DNA from: a bacterium
GTDB lineage: Bacteria > Patescibacteriota > Patescibacteriia > JACQRZ01
DNA: 64,000 bases
Direction of reading: 5' to 3'
Assembly (NCBI GenBank): GCA_023246095.1
Contig: JAHFJA010000001.1
Coordinates: forward strand, 1,062-65,061
A model generated the notes under the pieces. That model did not search any database. It saw only the letters and a program-made list of their open reading frames with translations, and had not been told where the DNA came from. Shown piece by piece: positions 46,553 to 57,720 of the stretch (position 1 is its first letter; each line of letters opens with the position of its first letter). The translations under genes and the position numbers were made by a program.

Positions 46553-47431
46553 TTAGAGCCACTCGATCGCGCGCAGTTTTGCGCTTCGAGAAGGAGAGTT
46601 TTTGAGTATTTCCTGTCGAGTCGGAACAATCACTTTTTTCGTCAATACTGTCGCCCGTTTTTCCTTGCCCCAATCTCTGAACACATTTTTTACGATGCGA
46701 TCTTCCAGGGAATGGAATGTAAGGAATACCACCCGACTTCCTTTGTGGAGGATTTGAGGGAGATCTTCCATACTTCGCTGCAGTACCCCCAACTCATCAT
46801 TGACAACCATTCGTAATGCCTGAAAGGTTTTGGTTGCAGGATGTGATTTACCGTGCCGAGAAAGAACTGATTCGATGACAGTGACAAGGTCAAATGTCGT
46901 TTCGAGTCGTTTCTTACGTCGAGTCAATACGATGGCGTTTGCGATACGTCGAGACGCTCGCTCCTCCCCGTACTGGTAGATCGCATCGGCAATCTCTTTT
47001 TCCTTCCAGCTATTAACAATATCGCTGGCTGTCAGATCTTGCTCCGGATCAAGACGCATATCAAGCGGTTCATCCACTTGAAAGGAAAATCCTCGACCGC
47101 TGCTTTTCAGCAGATCCATCGAGAGACCTAAATCATAGAGAACACCGTCTACTTGACCAAACCCATGCCTGGTAGCCAAGGAAACAACGTCTCTAAAATT
47201 ACCCTGTGCAAGAACGACTCTTCTTCCATACTCTTTGAGATGGATAGCCGCCTGCGCAAGCGCGTCCGGATTGGCATCGATCCCCAAGACTCTCCCTTTG
47301 GGACCGTTGCGTTCCAAGATCATTGTCGTATGCCCCGCTCCTCCGAGCGTGCAATCGATATACTCTGCGTTGGAATGAACATCCAAATACTCGATCACCT
47401 CTTGTGGCATCACCGATTGGTGAGTTGTCAT
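46553..47431 (-). CDS. rsmH: 16S rRNA m4C1402 methyltransferase
   Basis: DCTLGGAGH, DLGLS, RGFSF..LDMR, FQALR..VNDEL, FHSLEDRIVK, RSAKLR. Confidence 0.97.
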   Translation of the reverse strand: MTTHQSVMPQEVIEYLDVHSNAEYIDCTLGGAGHTTMILERNGPKGRVLGIDANPDALAQAAIHLKEYGRRVVLAQGNFRDVVSLATRHGFGQVDGVLYDLGLSMDLLKSSGRGFSFQVDEPLDMRLDPEQDLTASDIVNSWKEKEIADAIYQYGEERASRRIANAIVLTRRKKRLETTFDLVTVIESVLSRHGKSHPATKTFQALRMVVNDELGVLQRSMEDLPQILHKGSRVVFLTFHSLEDRIVKNVFRDWGKEKRATVLTKKVIVPTRQEILKNSPSRSAKLRAIEWL

Positions 47432-47859
47432 ACGCCCAGTTGCCCCAACTGTTCAGCAATCTGCTCGCTTTGACTCTCTGTGTGCTTCTTATATGTTTGC
47501 CACACTTCCTCTGACCATATCTCGATGCGATTATACAACCCCGCAACGACGACTTTTTTTCCGAGGCTGCCATATGCTCGGAGATAGTCTGGCAAAATAA
47601 TTCGACCTTGTTTGTCCAACGATACATCCATTGCCCCCGCAAGCATGTGTCGGGCGAATGCACGATTATTGGACTGCGTGATGGAAAGCGCTGATACGTC
47701 AGCAGCAATCTTTTCCCATTCTTTTGCGGTGTAGAGAACCAAACAGTTCTCTAAGCCCTTCGTGACCACCGCTCCTTTTGCTAATTCTTTACGATATTTC
47801 ACCGGTACCGCCATGCGGCCCTTTTCGTCAACAGAGTGATAGTATTCGCCGATAAACAT
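47428..47859 (-). CDS. mraZ: Transcriptional regulator MraZ
   Basis: MFIGEY.HSVDEKGR, DKQGRI, RIEIW. Confidence 0.97.
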   Translation of the reverse strand: MFIGEYYHSVDEKGRMAVPVKYRKELAKGAVVTKGLENCLVLYTAKEWEKIAADVSALSITQSNNRAFARHMLAGAMDVSLDKQGRIILPDYLRAYGSLGKKVVVAGLYNRIEIWSEEVWQTYKKHTESQSEQIAEQLGQLGV

Positions 47860-48006
47860 ACTTAGGCGAAAAATTGGTTAACGAAAACCGAAGCGTAGCT
47901 GAGAACTACGTCCTTGTGGTGGAACATCGTGAGAACAAGCTGGAACATGGGAACACTCGTTATGGATTATTTGAGGTGAACTATGCACTGATACAGTGGG
48001 GTTATC

Positions 48007-48033
48007 CCCACTTTTTCCCACTTTTCACCTCAC
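48007..48033 (-). promoter_or_regulatory. Probable MraZ binding boxes
   Basis: GTGGG twice at 10-bp spacing plus GTGAG, just downstream of TATAAT (48041-48046). Confidence 0.5.
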
Positions 48034-48180
48034 AATTGGTATTATACACCACTTTAAATGCTTTTTCTAGGGGTTTATGCACAGTCCGAAGGTGCCCTTT
48101 GGGTAATCAACACCATATGACCAAAGAAATTTTTGAGAAAAAGAAAAAACCGCTCTTTTGAAAAGCGATTTTCGTATCTA

Positions 48181-48732
48181 TTACTCTTCCCCGTGCGTCT
48201 TGAGCAACTCTTTTAACTCTTTCTTTGCTTTCGTAAGCTTTGGATTTATGACGAGCTGACAGTAAGGTTGTGAAGAGTTACGTTCGTAATAATCCTTGTG
48301 ATACGTTTCCGCTTCATAGAAGTGTTCAAGAGATTTTACTTCAGTTACAATGCACCCACCCTCTTTTGAAGTATTATTAAGCTCTCGGATATAATCATTT
48401 GCTTCTTTTCCTTGCTGATCGGTCGTGTATAAAATAATAGATCGGTACTGAGTACCTATATCAGCCCCCTGTCGATTGAGGGTCGTCGCATCATGAGAAG
48501 TAAAAAATATTGTCAAAAGTTGCTTGAAAGAGATAATCGTAGGATCATATTCAACTTGAATCACCTGAGCATGTCCTGTTTTTCCTGTCTCGATTGAATA
48601 ATAATCAGGATTTTTGGTGTGACCACCCGCATATCCAGGAGTCACCATGATCACCCCACGAAACATTTTAAAAACCGCTTCAGTACACCAAAAGCACCCT
48701 CCCCCAAACACTGCTATTTCTGTTAGTGGCAT
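48181..48732 (-). CDS. msrA: Peptide methionine sulfoxide reductase A
   Basis: GGGCFWC, GYAGG, GTQYRS, AE.YH.DY. Confidence 0.95.
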   Translation of the reverse strand: MPLTEIAVFGGGCFWCTEAVFKMFRGVIMVTPGYAGGHTKNPDYYSIETGKTGHAQVIQVEYDPTIISFKQLLTIFFTSHDATTLNRQGADIGTQYRSIILYTTDQQGKEANDYIRELNNTSKEGGCIVTEVKSLEHFYEAETYHKDYYERNSSQPYCQLVINPKLTKAKKELKELLKTHGEE

Positions 48733-48734
48733 AA

Positions 48735-49148
48735 TTATCTATTTTTCGGTTTAGAAATATTCGGTTCACTTCCATACTCCGGAGAAACAATGTCCCACAC
48801 TTTCGCTTTTTTAACTTCTATAATTCCTAATGCTGCCGATTGAGCAACTGGCCGTTCATCGTGCATAGGAATACCCACAATAGGGATACCAAGACCAAAC
48901 GACAAAGTATTACCCACGACTATCCCACTACGCAACGAAGAAAACGACCCAGGACCACTATTCACGACAATCCCCTTTAAAGACTCAAGGGTGATACTAT
49001 TTTCTTTTAAAGCTCGCTGGATACCCACAAGCGGATCCATGTGTCCATTTTGCTCTGGCACAACAGACACAACACTAGCCACCCCTTCTTCATTCGCAAG
49101 GGCTATCCACGCTTTGTCCTTATATGCAGTATTTATTATCAGATACAT
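48735..49148 (-). CDS. tsaB: t6A biosynthesis protein TsaB (short form)
   Basis: GPGSFSSLRSG..N.L. Confidence 0.8.
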   Translation of the reverse strand: MYLIINTAYKDKAWIALANEEGVASVVSVVPEQNGHMDPLVGIQRALKENSITLESLKGIVVNSGPGSFSSLRSGIVVGNTLSFGLGIPIVGIPMHDERPVAQSAALGIIEVKKAKVWDIVSPEYGSEPNISKPKNR

Positions 49149-49149
49149 A

Positions 49150-49941
49150 TTATTTTTTAGCCTTTCTCACCGCGAGTGGGAATTCAACAGTCGCCGTAAC
49201 GATACGCCTCCATCGACGAATCGGTGAGTTGAGCAATCGGAACAACCACTCCAATCCCAACGTTCGCATCCAACGCGATGCTCGGGGAACAACGCCCGCG
49301 GCATAATCAAGCGCACCACCAACCCCCATAGCAATTTTTACCGATGGGAGTTCTTTAAGATACTGTGCAATCCACATATCTTGTTTCGGTGCACCGTACG
49401 CAACCAATAATACATCTGGAGCAGCCTTTCGAATCTCATCCAACAGTGCCTTCATCTCTGCGTCTTTAAAAAATTCCTTAAAGTAAGGCTCTTTACTTCC
49501 CTCCTTTGATACTCCCGCCCGCATGCCGACAATATGAAGCTCTGGATATGCACGACGAAATGCAATCCCTGCCTTTTGTGCCACTTCGTCAGACCGTGCG
49601 CCCAATAAGTACATCTTCTTGCCCTGCGCTGCGCATAGTCGGGCGAGTTCCCAACTAAAATCAGTGCCCGTAATGCGGGTAACTTGACCTTGCATGCCAT
49701 ATAATTTCTTCGACGCCCATACGATCCCTGCACCATCGGCGATTGCAATATCAGCATTATTGAGTACCTGAGCAAAATGTGGATCCCGCTTGGCCGCCAT
49801 CACATACTCAGGATTGACCGTCACAATATGATGTGAAGTCGGAGTCGCTACAGTGAGCCATTCTAAACAAAGCTTTCGCAATTGATCCAAAGAAATCTGA
49901 TGAACCCGCACTCCTAAAATGTCCCGAGTTTGGATAGGCAT
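49150..49941 (-). CDS. WecB/TagA/CpsF glycosyltransferase
   Basis: TVNPE, ADGAG, RITGTD, GAPKQD, GVGG.LD, GLEWLFRL. Confidence 0.92.
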   Translation of the reverse strand: MPIQTRDILGVRVHQISLDQLRKLCLEWLTVATPTSHHIVTVNPEYVMAAKRDPHFAQVLNNADIAIADGAGIVWASKKLYGMQGQVTRITGTDFSWELARLCAAQGKKMYLLGARSDEVAQKAGIAFRRAYPELHIVGMRAGVSKEGSKEPYFKEFFKDAEMKALLDEIRKAAPDVLLVAYGAPKQDMWIAQYLKELPSVKIAMGVGGALDYAAGVVPRASRWMRTLGLEWLFRLLNSPIRRWRRIVTATVEFPLAVRKAKK

Positions 49942-49947
49942 AACGAT

Positions 49948-52479
49948 CTAAAATTGATATTTCCTATAAAAAAGTCTCTTCATCCCTTCAACTAACAACA
50001 GATACAGAACCACCAACCCCGCAATGACAAACAATACCTGAACAGGGGGAGGTGAAAAACCGAACAACGCTCCCAGCGGAGTGTATGGTATTAACCAACC
50101 AATTGCAACCGCCCCAACCGTACTGATTGTTAACAATTTACTTGCGTTACTCTGTACAAACGGCAACTGCCTCGTACGAATAATATGGATCACCAACGCC
50201 TGTGTCGCCAAAGATTCCATAAACCACCCTGTTTGAAATGACGCTTCACCCAAGTGAAATAGCGAAAATAAGACAAAAAAAGTCAGAAGGTCAAACACCG
50301 AGCTAATCGGCCCAAAAACATACATAAACTTTTTTATAAACGGTAAATTCCAACGTCTTGGCTTCTTTATCCAATCTTCGTCCACAGAATCCCAAGGAAT
50401 GGTGACCTGAGAACAATCATATATGAAGTTATTGAGCAATATTTGGACCGGAAGCATCGGCAAAAATGGAATGTAGAAAAGAGCCCCGATGACGCTGAAC
50501 ATGTTGCCAAAATTGGAGCTCAACCCCATCATGATGTACTTCATTGTATTACCAAATGCACGCCTGCCTTCAATAACCCCTTCGAGTATGGGAGCCAGAT
50601 GTTTCTTCGTCAAAATAATATCAGCTGTTTCCTTTGCGATATCAACCGCATTGTCTACCGAAATACCGACATCCGCAGCTTTAAGAGAAGGTGCATCGTT
50701 TATCCCGTCACCCATAAACCCCACCACATGCTTCCGTCCACGCAGTACCGAAACCACACGCTTTTTTTCGTCAGGTGAGAACCGTGCAAATATAGTCGCT
50801 TTTTCAGCACGAACAGCAAGGGCGTCATCAGACAATGTCGCAATATCTTTTCCTAACATTATGCCACGGACTTTCAAACCCACCTCCTGACAGATCTTTT
50901 TTGTAACGAGCTCATTATCCCCTGTTATCACTTTCACTTCGACTCCATATTCCTTTAATTTAGCTAATACATTACTCACATCCTTTTTTGCCGGATCAAG
51001 AAACGCTACAAACCCCATCAATACGAGATCATCCTCATCCTTCACGGTGTAGTTCTTCTTTTCAGGAAGATTATATTTGGTTGCCAATGCAAGGACACGA
51101 TATCCTTGAGTACTTAAATCACGATAATACGTGAGCGCATCCTCGCGTATTTTTGGGGTAAATGGAAATTCCTTAGCACCTTTCTTATATACACTACACT
51201 TCTTTATAACTTCCTCCGGAGCTCCTTTTGTGATCAAAATTCTTCCCTCGGGGCCCAAAACTGCGATGCTCATCATTTTACGCACAAAATCAAAGGGAAT
51301 CTCTTCTGTTTTTACATAGGCGTCCATGTCTGCTTTTTTATATTCCAATACCGCTTTATCCAAAGGATTTTTGACGCCCGTTTGATACACGCTATTCAAA
51401 TACGTATAGAGAAAAACTTTTTCATCGTTTTTTCCGGCAATATCCGTATATGTCACTAATTGGATATTATCTTCGGTTAATGTACCTGTCTTGTCAGTAC
51501 ACAATATATCCATACTGCCAAAATTCGGGATAGACGAGAGCTTTTTAACAATGACCCCGGATTTTGACATCCGCTTCGAACTGCGTGCCATCGTGATAGA
51601 CATAATGACCGGCAAAAGCTCCGGAGTGACTCCCACCGCGATCGCCACAGCAAATATGAATGACTGCAGAATATCTCGGTGTACCAAAGCATTACCCAAA
51701 AATATGATGAGCACGATCGCCATGATAATCTTCATGATAAGAAAACCAAACTGGGTGATACCGAGCTCAAACTCGCTTTTGTCATCTTTCTCCAAAATAC
51801 TTGCCGCAATTTTGCCAAATTCAGTCGCAGCACCGATTTGGTATACCACCGCCAAAGCAGTTCCGCTGACGATACCTGAACCAAGAAATAGAATATTACT
51901 TTTGCTCGCATCTGAGGTATTAGTGTCCCCCTGAATCTCAGCAAATTTTTCACCAGGAAATGACTCCCCTGTTAAGGCTGATTGATTAACAAAACAATCA
52001 TCCGCCTCAATAATTCTCGCATCAGCAGGAACCAGGTCTCCGGAACTAAGAAAAATAATATCTCCAATACATACTTCCGAGGATTTGATTTCTGCTTTTT
52101 TGCCCCCTCGCACCACCGTTGTCGTAATACTCACCTTCTCTTTTAATTTCTTAGCGGCATTATTTGCACTATGTTCTTCAATAAAATCAAGTATCACCCC
52201 CGCTCCGACCATTATAACGATCACGACAAAATTCTTAACTTCACCAAGATACGCAGAAATGGACGCAGCAGCAAGAAGTATCAACACCAACGGATTATTG
52301 AAATGCGATAAAAATTCCAGCACAACACCGACCTCTTTCTTTTCGGAAATCATGTTTTTCCCAAACTGCTTTTGCCGCGCGATAACTTCGCTCGGTGACA
52401 GGCCGTTTTTTGTTGTTTTTAACTTTCTAAAAATTTTGTCTACCGGTTGTGATGAGAAAAACTCAAGATTTTTTGACAT
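49948..52479 (-). CDS. mgtA: Magnesium-translocating P-type ATPase
   Basis: TGES, TPELLP, DKTGT, GDGIND, SSNFGNMFS, GWFMESL. Confidence 0.93.
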   Translation of the reverse strand: MSKNLEFFSSQPVDKIFRKLKTTKNGLSPSEVIARQKQFGKNMISEKKEVGVVLEFLSHFNNPLVLILLAAASISAYLGEVKNFVVIVIMVGAGVILDFIEEHSANNAAKKLKEKVSITTTVVRGGKKAEIKSSEVCIGDIIFLSSGDLVPADARIIEADDCFVNQSALTGESFPGEKFAEIQGDTNTSDASKSNILFLGSGIVSGTALAVVYQIGAATEFGKIAASILEKDDKSEFELGITQFGFLIMKIIMAIVLIIFLGNALVHRDILQSFIFAVAIAVGVTPELLPVIMSITMARSSKRMSKSGVIVKKLSSIPNFGSMDILCTDKTGTLTEDNIQLVTYTDIAGKNDEKVFLYTYLNSVYQTGVKNPLDKAVLEYKKADMDAYVKTEEIPFDFVRKMMSIAVLGPEGRILITKGAPEEVIKKCSVYKKGAKEFPFTPKIREDALTYYRDLSTQGYRVLALATKYNLPEKKNYTVKDEDDLVLMGFVAFLDPAKKDVSNVLAKLKEYGVEVKVITGDNELVTKKICQEVGLKVRGIMLGKDIATLSDDALAVRAEKATIFARFSPDEKKRVVSVLRGRKHVVGFMGDGINDAPSLKAADVGISVDNAVDIAKETADIILTKKHLAPILEGVIEGRRAFGNTMKYIMMGLSSNFGNMFSVIGALFYIPFLPMLPVQILLNNFIYDCSQVTIPWDSVDEDWIKKPRRWNLPFIKKFMYVFGPISSVFDLLTFFVLFSLFHLGEASFQTGWFMESLATQALVIHIIRTRQLPFVQSNASKLLTISTVGAVAIGWLIPYTPLGALFGFSPPPVQVLFVIAGLVVLYLLLVEGMKRLFYRKYQF

Positions 52480-52605
52480 AGATAATGAAAACAAAGGGAT
52501 TCCCATTCCCGTTTAACCAAAGAAAATGGTATAGTCACTATTATGTAATTATTATACCAGCTCAGTACTACTATTGACATCTTCTCATGGCGCGATATAG
52601 TAGTA

Positions 52606-52632
52606 TTAGCAGTCACTCATGTAGAGTGCTAA
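52606..52632 (+). promoter_or_regulatory. CIRCE operator upstream of clpB
   Basis: TTAGCAGTC-N9-GAGTGCTAA after TTGACA-16-TATAGT (52574-52601). Confidence 0.92.
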
Positions 52633-52661
52633 TCAACAAAAACTCCTTACGCTACCCTATT

Positions 52662-55295
52662 ATGATGAACAACAAATTCACCACGCGCGCACAGGAAACA
52701 TTGCAAGCGGCACAAATGCTGTGCGCCGATAAAAATCACCAAGAACTTACCCCCACCCACCTTCTCTATTCTCTCGTCAGCCATGCGGAAGGAGTAGTCG
52801 TAAGTATTTTGCAAAAACTGGAAATTTCCAGTACCGATCTCCAAGAAAAACTTGAAGGAGAATTACAGCTTCTCCCGTTAGCACCCATGGAAATGGGCGG
52901 ACAGGTTTATGTATCCCAAGAATTTGCCCGAGTGATGAGCCAAGCGGACCGCGAAGCAAAAAATCTTGGTGACGAATATATCAGCACCGAGCATATTTTT
53001 CTTGCACTGATCCAAGTCCCATCAGTTGCACAATACATATTGCGTACTATGAACGTCGAATACGATGCGGTGCTCAAGACATTAGCCGAAGTACGAGGCA
53101 ACCACAAAATCACTGATCCCGATCCTGAAAGCAAATACCAAGTATTTGAAAAATACACCGTAAACATGACTGACCTTGCTCGTCGTGAAAAACTTGATCC
53201 CGTCATCGGTCGTGACGAAGAAATCCGTCGCGTCATGCAAGTGCTCTCTCGTCGCACCAAAAACAACCCCGTTCTTATTGGAGAGGCAGGGGTAGGTAAA
53301 ACCGCCATCGTCGAAGGACTTGCTCAACGCATCGCATCAGGCGACGTGCCTGAATCGCTCAAAGACAAAGAACTTCTTTCTTTGGATATTGGCGCGTTGG
53401 TAGCAGGGACAAAATTCCGCGGTGATTTTGAAGACAGACTCAAAGCAGTAATGAAAGAAGTAAAAAATGCCGCAGGAAAAGTTATTATGTTTGTCGATGA
53501 ACTCCATACTTTGGTGGGAGCTGGTGGCGCTGAAGGTGCCATTGATGCGTCCAATCTCCTCAAACCAGCTCTCGCTCGTGGTGAATTGAGTATGATTGGA
53601 GCGACAACGTTTAAAGAATATAGAAAGTATATTGAAAACGACGCCGCGTTCGAACGACGATTCCAACATGTTTATGTTTATGAACCAAGCGTAGATGATG
53701 CAATTGCCATTTTGCGTGGTATCAAGGAAAAATATGAAGTCCATCACGGGGTCCGCATCACTGACGCCGCTATTGTTGCTGCTGCGCAACTTTCCCATCG
53801 GTATATTTCCGATCGTTATCTCCCTGACAAAGCCATTGACCTTATTGACGAAGCCACTTCTGCTATCCGACTTCAAATCGACAGCCAACCGGTCGAGCTC
53901 GATACATTGAAACGAAATATTATAAAACGCGAAATTGAAAAACAAGCACTCCAACAAGAATCAGATGCGCATTCAAAGAAACGGCTCAAAGAGCTCCAAA
54001 AAGAACTTGCCGAAATCAAAGAGGAATCAAACCAACTTGAACTCGCATGGAAAAACGAAAAAGAACTTATCACCAGCGTACGCAACCATCGCAAAGAGAT
54101 CGAACAACTCAAACAAGAAGCTGACATCGCCGAACGTCAAGTCAATCTTTCTCGTGTAGCCGAAATCCGTTACGGTAAAATTCCTCAAATTCAAAAGGAA
54201 GTAGAAAAAGCTGAAGGAAAACTTAATGCGATGCAAAAAGATCACCGTTTCTTACGAGAGGAAGTCACGGAAGCTGATATCGCCGCTATTGTTCAACGAT
54301 GGACCGGTATCCCAGCATCGCGAATGCTTCAAAGCGAGTCAGAAAAACTCTCCCACGCAGAAAAATATCTTGCTCAACGTGTCGTAGGACAACAAACCGC
54401 CATTCAAGCAGTATCAAACGCACTCCGCCGTTCTCGTGCTGGACTTTCCGAGGAAAGCCGCCCTATAGGTTCCTTTATTTTCATCGGTCCTACTGGTGTT
54501 GGTAAAACAGAATTAGCTAAAACACTTGCCAATTTCATGTTCAATGATCCTCAGGCATTGATCCGCATCGACATGAGCGAATACGGAGAAAAGCATGCAG
54601 TCAGCCGTCTCATCGGTTCCCCTCCTGGATATGTCGGATATGATGAAGGAGGTCAGCTCACTGAACAAATCCGCCGAAAACCATACAGCGTCGTCCTTTT
54701 TGACGAAATAGAAAAAGCGCATCCGGAAATGTTTAACCTTTTGCTGCAAATTCTTGACGAAGGACATCTCACCGACTCAAAGGGACGCAAAGTAAACTTC
54801 AAAAATACGATTATTATCATGACCTCCAACCTTGGGGGCGATCTCATCCGCTCTGTTGACATGGGGTTTTCGGAAGGTGACAAGGTTAAAGCTCGCATTG
54901 ACGTTAAAGACATGGAGGCACGCATCCACACCCTCTTGCAACAGCAGTTCAAACCGGAATTCCTCAACCGTATTGATGAAGTGATCACCTTTCACCCTCT
55001 TGAACAAGAACACATCGACCATATTGTTGAGCTCCAACTTCACAACGTCGTTGCTCGTCTCGCAAAACAGGACATCACCGTAAAGTATTCAAAGAAACTG
55101 GTAGAGTTACTTGCAAAACGAGGCTTTGACCAATATTATGGCGCTCGTCCTCTCAAGCGAGTAATCCAACAAACCATTCTAGACCCTCTCGCCCTCAAGA
55201 TCGTTGATAACGAAATTAAAGAAGGAGGTAAAGTTAAACTCGACGTAAAGGATGACCAAATTATCATTCAAAACGGAAAAGAGAACGGGGCATAG
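52662..55295 (+). CDS. clpB: Chaperone ClpB
   Basis: Two AAA+ modules ([16 protein letters not shown]), long middle coiled coil, GYVGY. Confidence 0.97.
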   Translation: MMNNKFTTRAQETLQAAQMLCADKNHQELTPTHLLYSLVSHAEGVVVSILQKLEISSTDLQEKLEGELQLLPLAPMEMGGQVYVSQEFARVMSQADREAKNLGDEYISTEHIFLALIQVPSVAQYILRTMNVEYDAVLKTLAEVRGNHKITDPDPESKYQVFEKYTVNMTDLARREKLDPVIGRDEEIRRVMQVLSRRTKNNPVLIGEAGVGKTAIVEGLAQRIASGDVPESLKDKELLSLDIGALVAGTKFRGDFEDRLKAVMKEVKNAAGKVIMFVDELHTLVGAGGAEGAIDASNLLKPALARGELSMIGATTFKEYRKYIENDAAFERRFQHVYVYEPSVDDAIAILRGIKEKYEVHHGVRITDAAIVAAAQLSHRYISDRYLPDKAIDLIDEATSAIRLQIDSQPVELDTLKRNIIKREIEKQALQQESDAHSKKRLKELQKELAEIKEESNQLELAWKNEKELITSVRNHRKEIEQLKQEADIAERQVNLSRVAEIRYGKIPQIQKEVEKAEGKLNAMQKDHRFLREEVTEADIAAIVQRWTGIPASRMLQSESEKLSHAEKYLAQRVVGQQTAIQAVSNALRRSRAGLSEESRPIGSFIFIGPTGVGKTELAKTLANFMFNDPQALIRIDMSEYGEKHAVSRLIGSPPGYVGYDEGGQLTEQIRRKPYSVVLFDEIEKAHPEMFNLLLQILDEGHLTDSKGRKVNFKNTIIIMTSNLGGDLIRSVDMGFSEGDKVKARIDVKDMEARIHTLLQQQFKPEFLNRIDEVITFHPLEQEHIDHIVELQLHNVVARLAKQDITVKYSKKLVELLAKRGFDQYYGARPLKRVIQQTILDPLALKIVDNEIKEGGKVKLDVKDDQIIIQNGKENGA

Positions 55296-55310
55296 TAAAA
55301 CTCAGGTATT

Positions 55311-55347
55311 AAAAAACTCCTCTTTGGATTTCCGAGAGGAGTTTTTT
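55311..55347. terminator. Bidirectional terminator
   Basis: AAAAAACTCCTCT...AGAGGAGTTTTTT between convergent genes. Confidence 0.8.
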
Positions 55348-55364
55348 GTATTATTACGTTTCAG

Positions 55365-56102
55365 CTATTTGCTACAAGGTACAGGCTCAACGCCTTTATG
55401 TAAATCGGTGATGAAGTTAACCCAACAAAAGCTTTTAGAGTCTTTGTTGCATTTTTTATAATTATCCCAAACAAATCGATTAAACGATTCTGCGAGAATA
55501 CTCTTTTCTCTTCCTTTTTGGATCATGATATTCATCAATCCTAGCTCATAGCTCCAAGCTTTCAACTCATAATCAAGAAATACTGCGCGAGTCTCGACAA
55601 CGTGACTATCACTACCCTCATGTTCGTAGTGATAAAATTCATGGAGTATGGTCAAAAGAAAACGATCTTTAAATGCTTCTGCATCAAGAGTTTTTCTCCC
55701 TTTGATCCAATTTTTCGCAGAAATACTGAAAATAGAATGTCCATCGCACCGACTAAATGAAGCCAACACATTGTCTCGAACCGGATCCATATTTAACTGT
55801 ATCCTCCCTGATTTACCTTCTATAGCAAACCGGTTATACGGTTCACGCAGTTCTTTTATGGGATAGTGTTCCAATTCAGTAAGAAGACCAAAAAAGTCTT
55901 TTTCAATATTTCTTTTCTCCTCTTCTGAGACAATAAGGGGTATTGAAGTCGCTGCCGAGATGGGCTTGCTTGCTGTAACTTCGTTGTTTTGTACTACAGA
56001 TGAGATATCACTCACTGTCGTATGTTGCATTTGTAACTTCACCTGAGCAAAAAATGCCAATACTACAACAATAATCCCAAAAATTATTTCTACCTTTTTC
56101 AT
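55365..56102 (-). CDS. Membrane-anchored/secreted HExxH (gluzincin-like) protein
   Basis: N-terminal TM; LHEFYH then YELKAW; AGGAG SD; promoter TTGACA-17-TATATT at 56150-56178. Confidence 0.6.
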   Translation of the reverse strand: MKKVEIIFGIIVVVLAFFAQVKLQMQHTTVSDISSVVQNNEVTASKPISAATSIPLIVSEEEKRNIEKDFFGLLTELEHYPIKELREPYNRFAIEGKSGRIQLNMDPVRDNVLASFSRCDGHSIFSISAKNWIKGRKTLDAEAFKDRFLLTILHEFYHYEHEGSDSHVVETRAVFLDYELKAWSYELGLMNIMIQKGREKSILAESFNRFVWDNYKKCNKDSKSFCWVNFITDLHKGVEPVPCSK

Positions 56103-56285
56103 TGTACTTTTCTCCTGTGTTTGATTTAAAATAACGATAACTTGCCCCGAATATAGCATATTTTACCTATTTTGTCAAGGTTACGCCTGTCAAAATCCTT
56201 TAACTATAAGAAAAGGGAGTCAATACAAGACAAATCGCCTCCATATTGTTGTCCTAACCCTCTTTTTGTGCTATAATAGTCGCAT

Positions 56286-57716
56286 ATGAAATATCATGCT
56301 TATTCCTCAAAAAAAGGGGTATTTACTTCAATTACCGTACTTGTCGCCATGGTTTTCGCTCTTGCCGCCCCCCTTCAACCGACATACGCACTATCTTTCA
56401 ATCCTAATAAAATCATCTCTGATGGTGAATTTTTTGATACAAATGCACTGGATACAAGTGCCATTCAATCATTCCTTGAACAAAAAGGATCATCACTGGC
56501 TTCAATGACGTTTCCAGACATTGACGGCCAGATAAAACGCGCATCCGATATAATAGAAAATGCAGCCATTCAATATCATATCAACCCAAAAGTTCTGCTT
56601 GTTCTGCTTCAAAAAGAACAAAGCCTTATCGAAAATCCCACACCTCGCCAATACAACTACGACTGGGCTACGGGATATGCGGTGTGTGACAGTTGTTCCC
56701 CTACTGACCCTAAGATTCAAAAATATAAAGGCTTTGCTAACCAAGTTGAAAGTGCCGCCTATCAAAAAGTGTATTACACAACAAATCCCGATAAATTTAG
56801 CTATAGGATCGGTTCTCCTGCAGACATCGATGGACAACTAGTGATTCCAGAAAATAACGCCACCGCTGCACTCTACAACTACACCCCCCACCTTCATGGA
56901 AACGAAAACTTCTGGAAACTATGGACTCGTTATTTTGGAAAGTTTTATCCTGACGGTACCGTCGTTCAAGAAGATGGCTCTACAGCAGTATGGTTACTGC
57001 AAGATGGCAAAAAAAGACTTTTTGCCTCAGTTGGCGCTCTTATGTCTCGTTATAGCACCAGTCAAATTGTCCACATCAAAAAAGGTGACATCGATAAGTA
57101 TTCAACTGGTGATCCTATTAAGTTTGCTCAATATTCCCTGCTCAAATCACCAAAAGGTGCGATTTTCTTAATTGTTGATGATAAGAGATACGGCATCACA
57201 TCAAAAAAAGTATTCGGGCAAATTGGATTCAATCCTGAAGAAGTATCCAAAGCCTCAGATAAAGACCTTGCGGACATACCCCTAGGTGGCTTGATTACAA
57301 AGGCAGATGACAGTCCTCGTGGACAACTGTTTCAAGACAAAAAAACTGGTGGTATATTCTTTGTCAAACAAGGAATCAAGCATCCAATTTGGGCGCCTGA
57401 AATTCTTGCTGTCAACTTTCCGTACGATAAAAAAATCGCGAAGACCACCAAACAATTGGACGCAATCCCAACAGGAGAACCTACTATATTTGAAGATGGC
57501 ACCATCATCACCTCACCAGGAAGCCCTTCTATCTACATCATTTCAAATGGTCTAAAACGACCTATCGCTTCTAAGGCAGCATTTGACACTTTGGGATTCC
57601 AACAAGAAAATGTTGTTCACACATCTGACCGCGCGTTAAGTCTCCATCTCGACGGTGATCCAATCGATGTAGGAACCGATACAACCACAACGGTTACCAG
57701 CGCAACCCTTCATTAA
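56286..57716 (+). CDS. Secreted protein with lysozyme-like N-terminal domain and CPR-type repeats
   Basis: Signal peptide; INPKVLLVLLQKEQSL..ATGY..N.ATAALYNYTPH; repeated VWLLQDGKKR-like units. Confidence 0.7.
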   Translation: MKYHAYSSKKGVFTSITVLVAMVFALAAPLQPTYALSFNPNKIISDGEFFDTNALDTSAIQSFLEQKGSSLASMTFPDIDGQIKRASDIIENAAIQYHINPKVLLVLLQKEQSLIENPTPRQYNYDWATGYAVCDSCSPTDPKIQKYKGFANQVESAAYQKVYYTTNPDKFSYRIGSPADIDGQLVIPENNATAALYNYTPHLHGNENFWKLWTRYFGKFYPDGTVVQEDGSTAVWLLQDGKKRLFASVGALMSRYSTSQIVHIKKGDIDKYSTGDPIKFAQYSLLKSPKGAIFLIVDDKRYGITSKKVFGQIGFNPEEVSKASDKDLADIPLGGLITKADDSPRGQLFQDKKTGGIFFVKQGIKHPIWAPEILAVNFPYDKKIAKTTKQLDAIPTGEPTIFEDGTIITSPGSPSIYIISNGLKRPIASKAAFDTLGFQQENVVHTSDRALSLHLDGDPIDVGTDTTTTVTSATLH

Positions 57717-57720
57717 CTAT

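Noticed and set aside
52647-55043. Long antisense ORFs within clpB (similar ones in dnaK and mgtA)
   Set aside because: Shadow ORFs of conserved genes with no recognisable motifs
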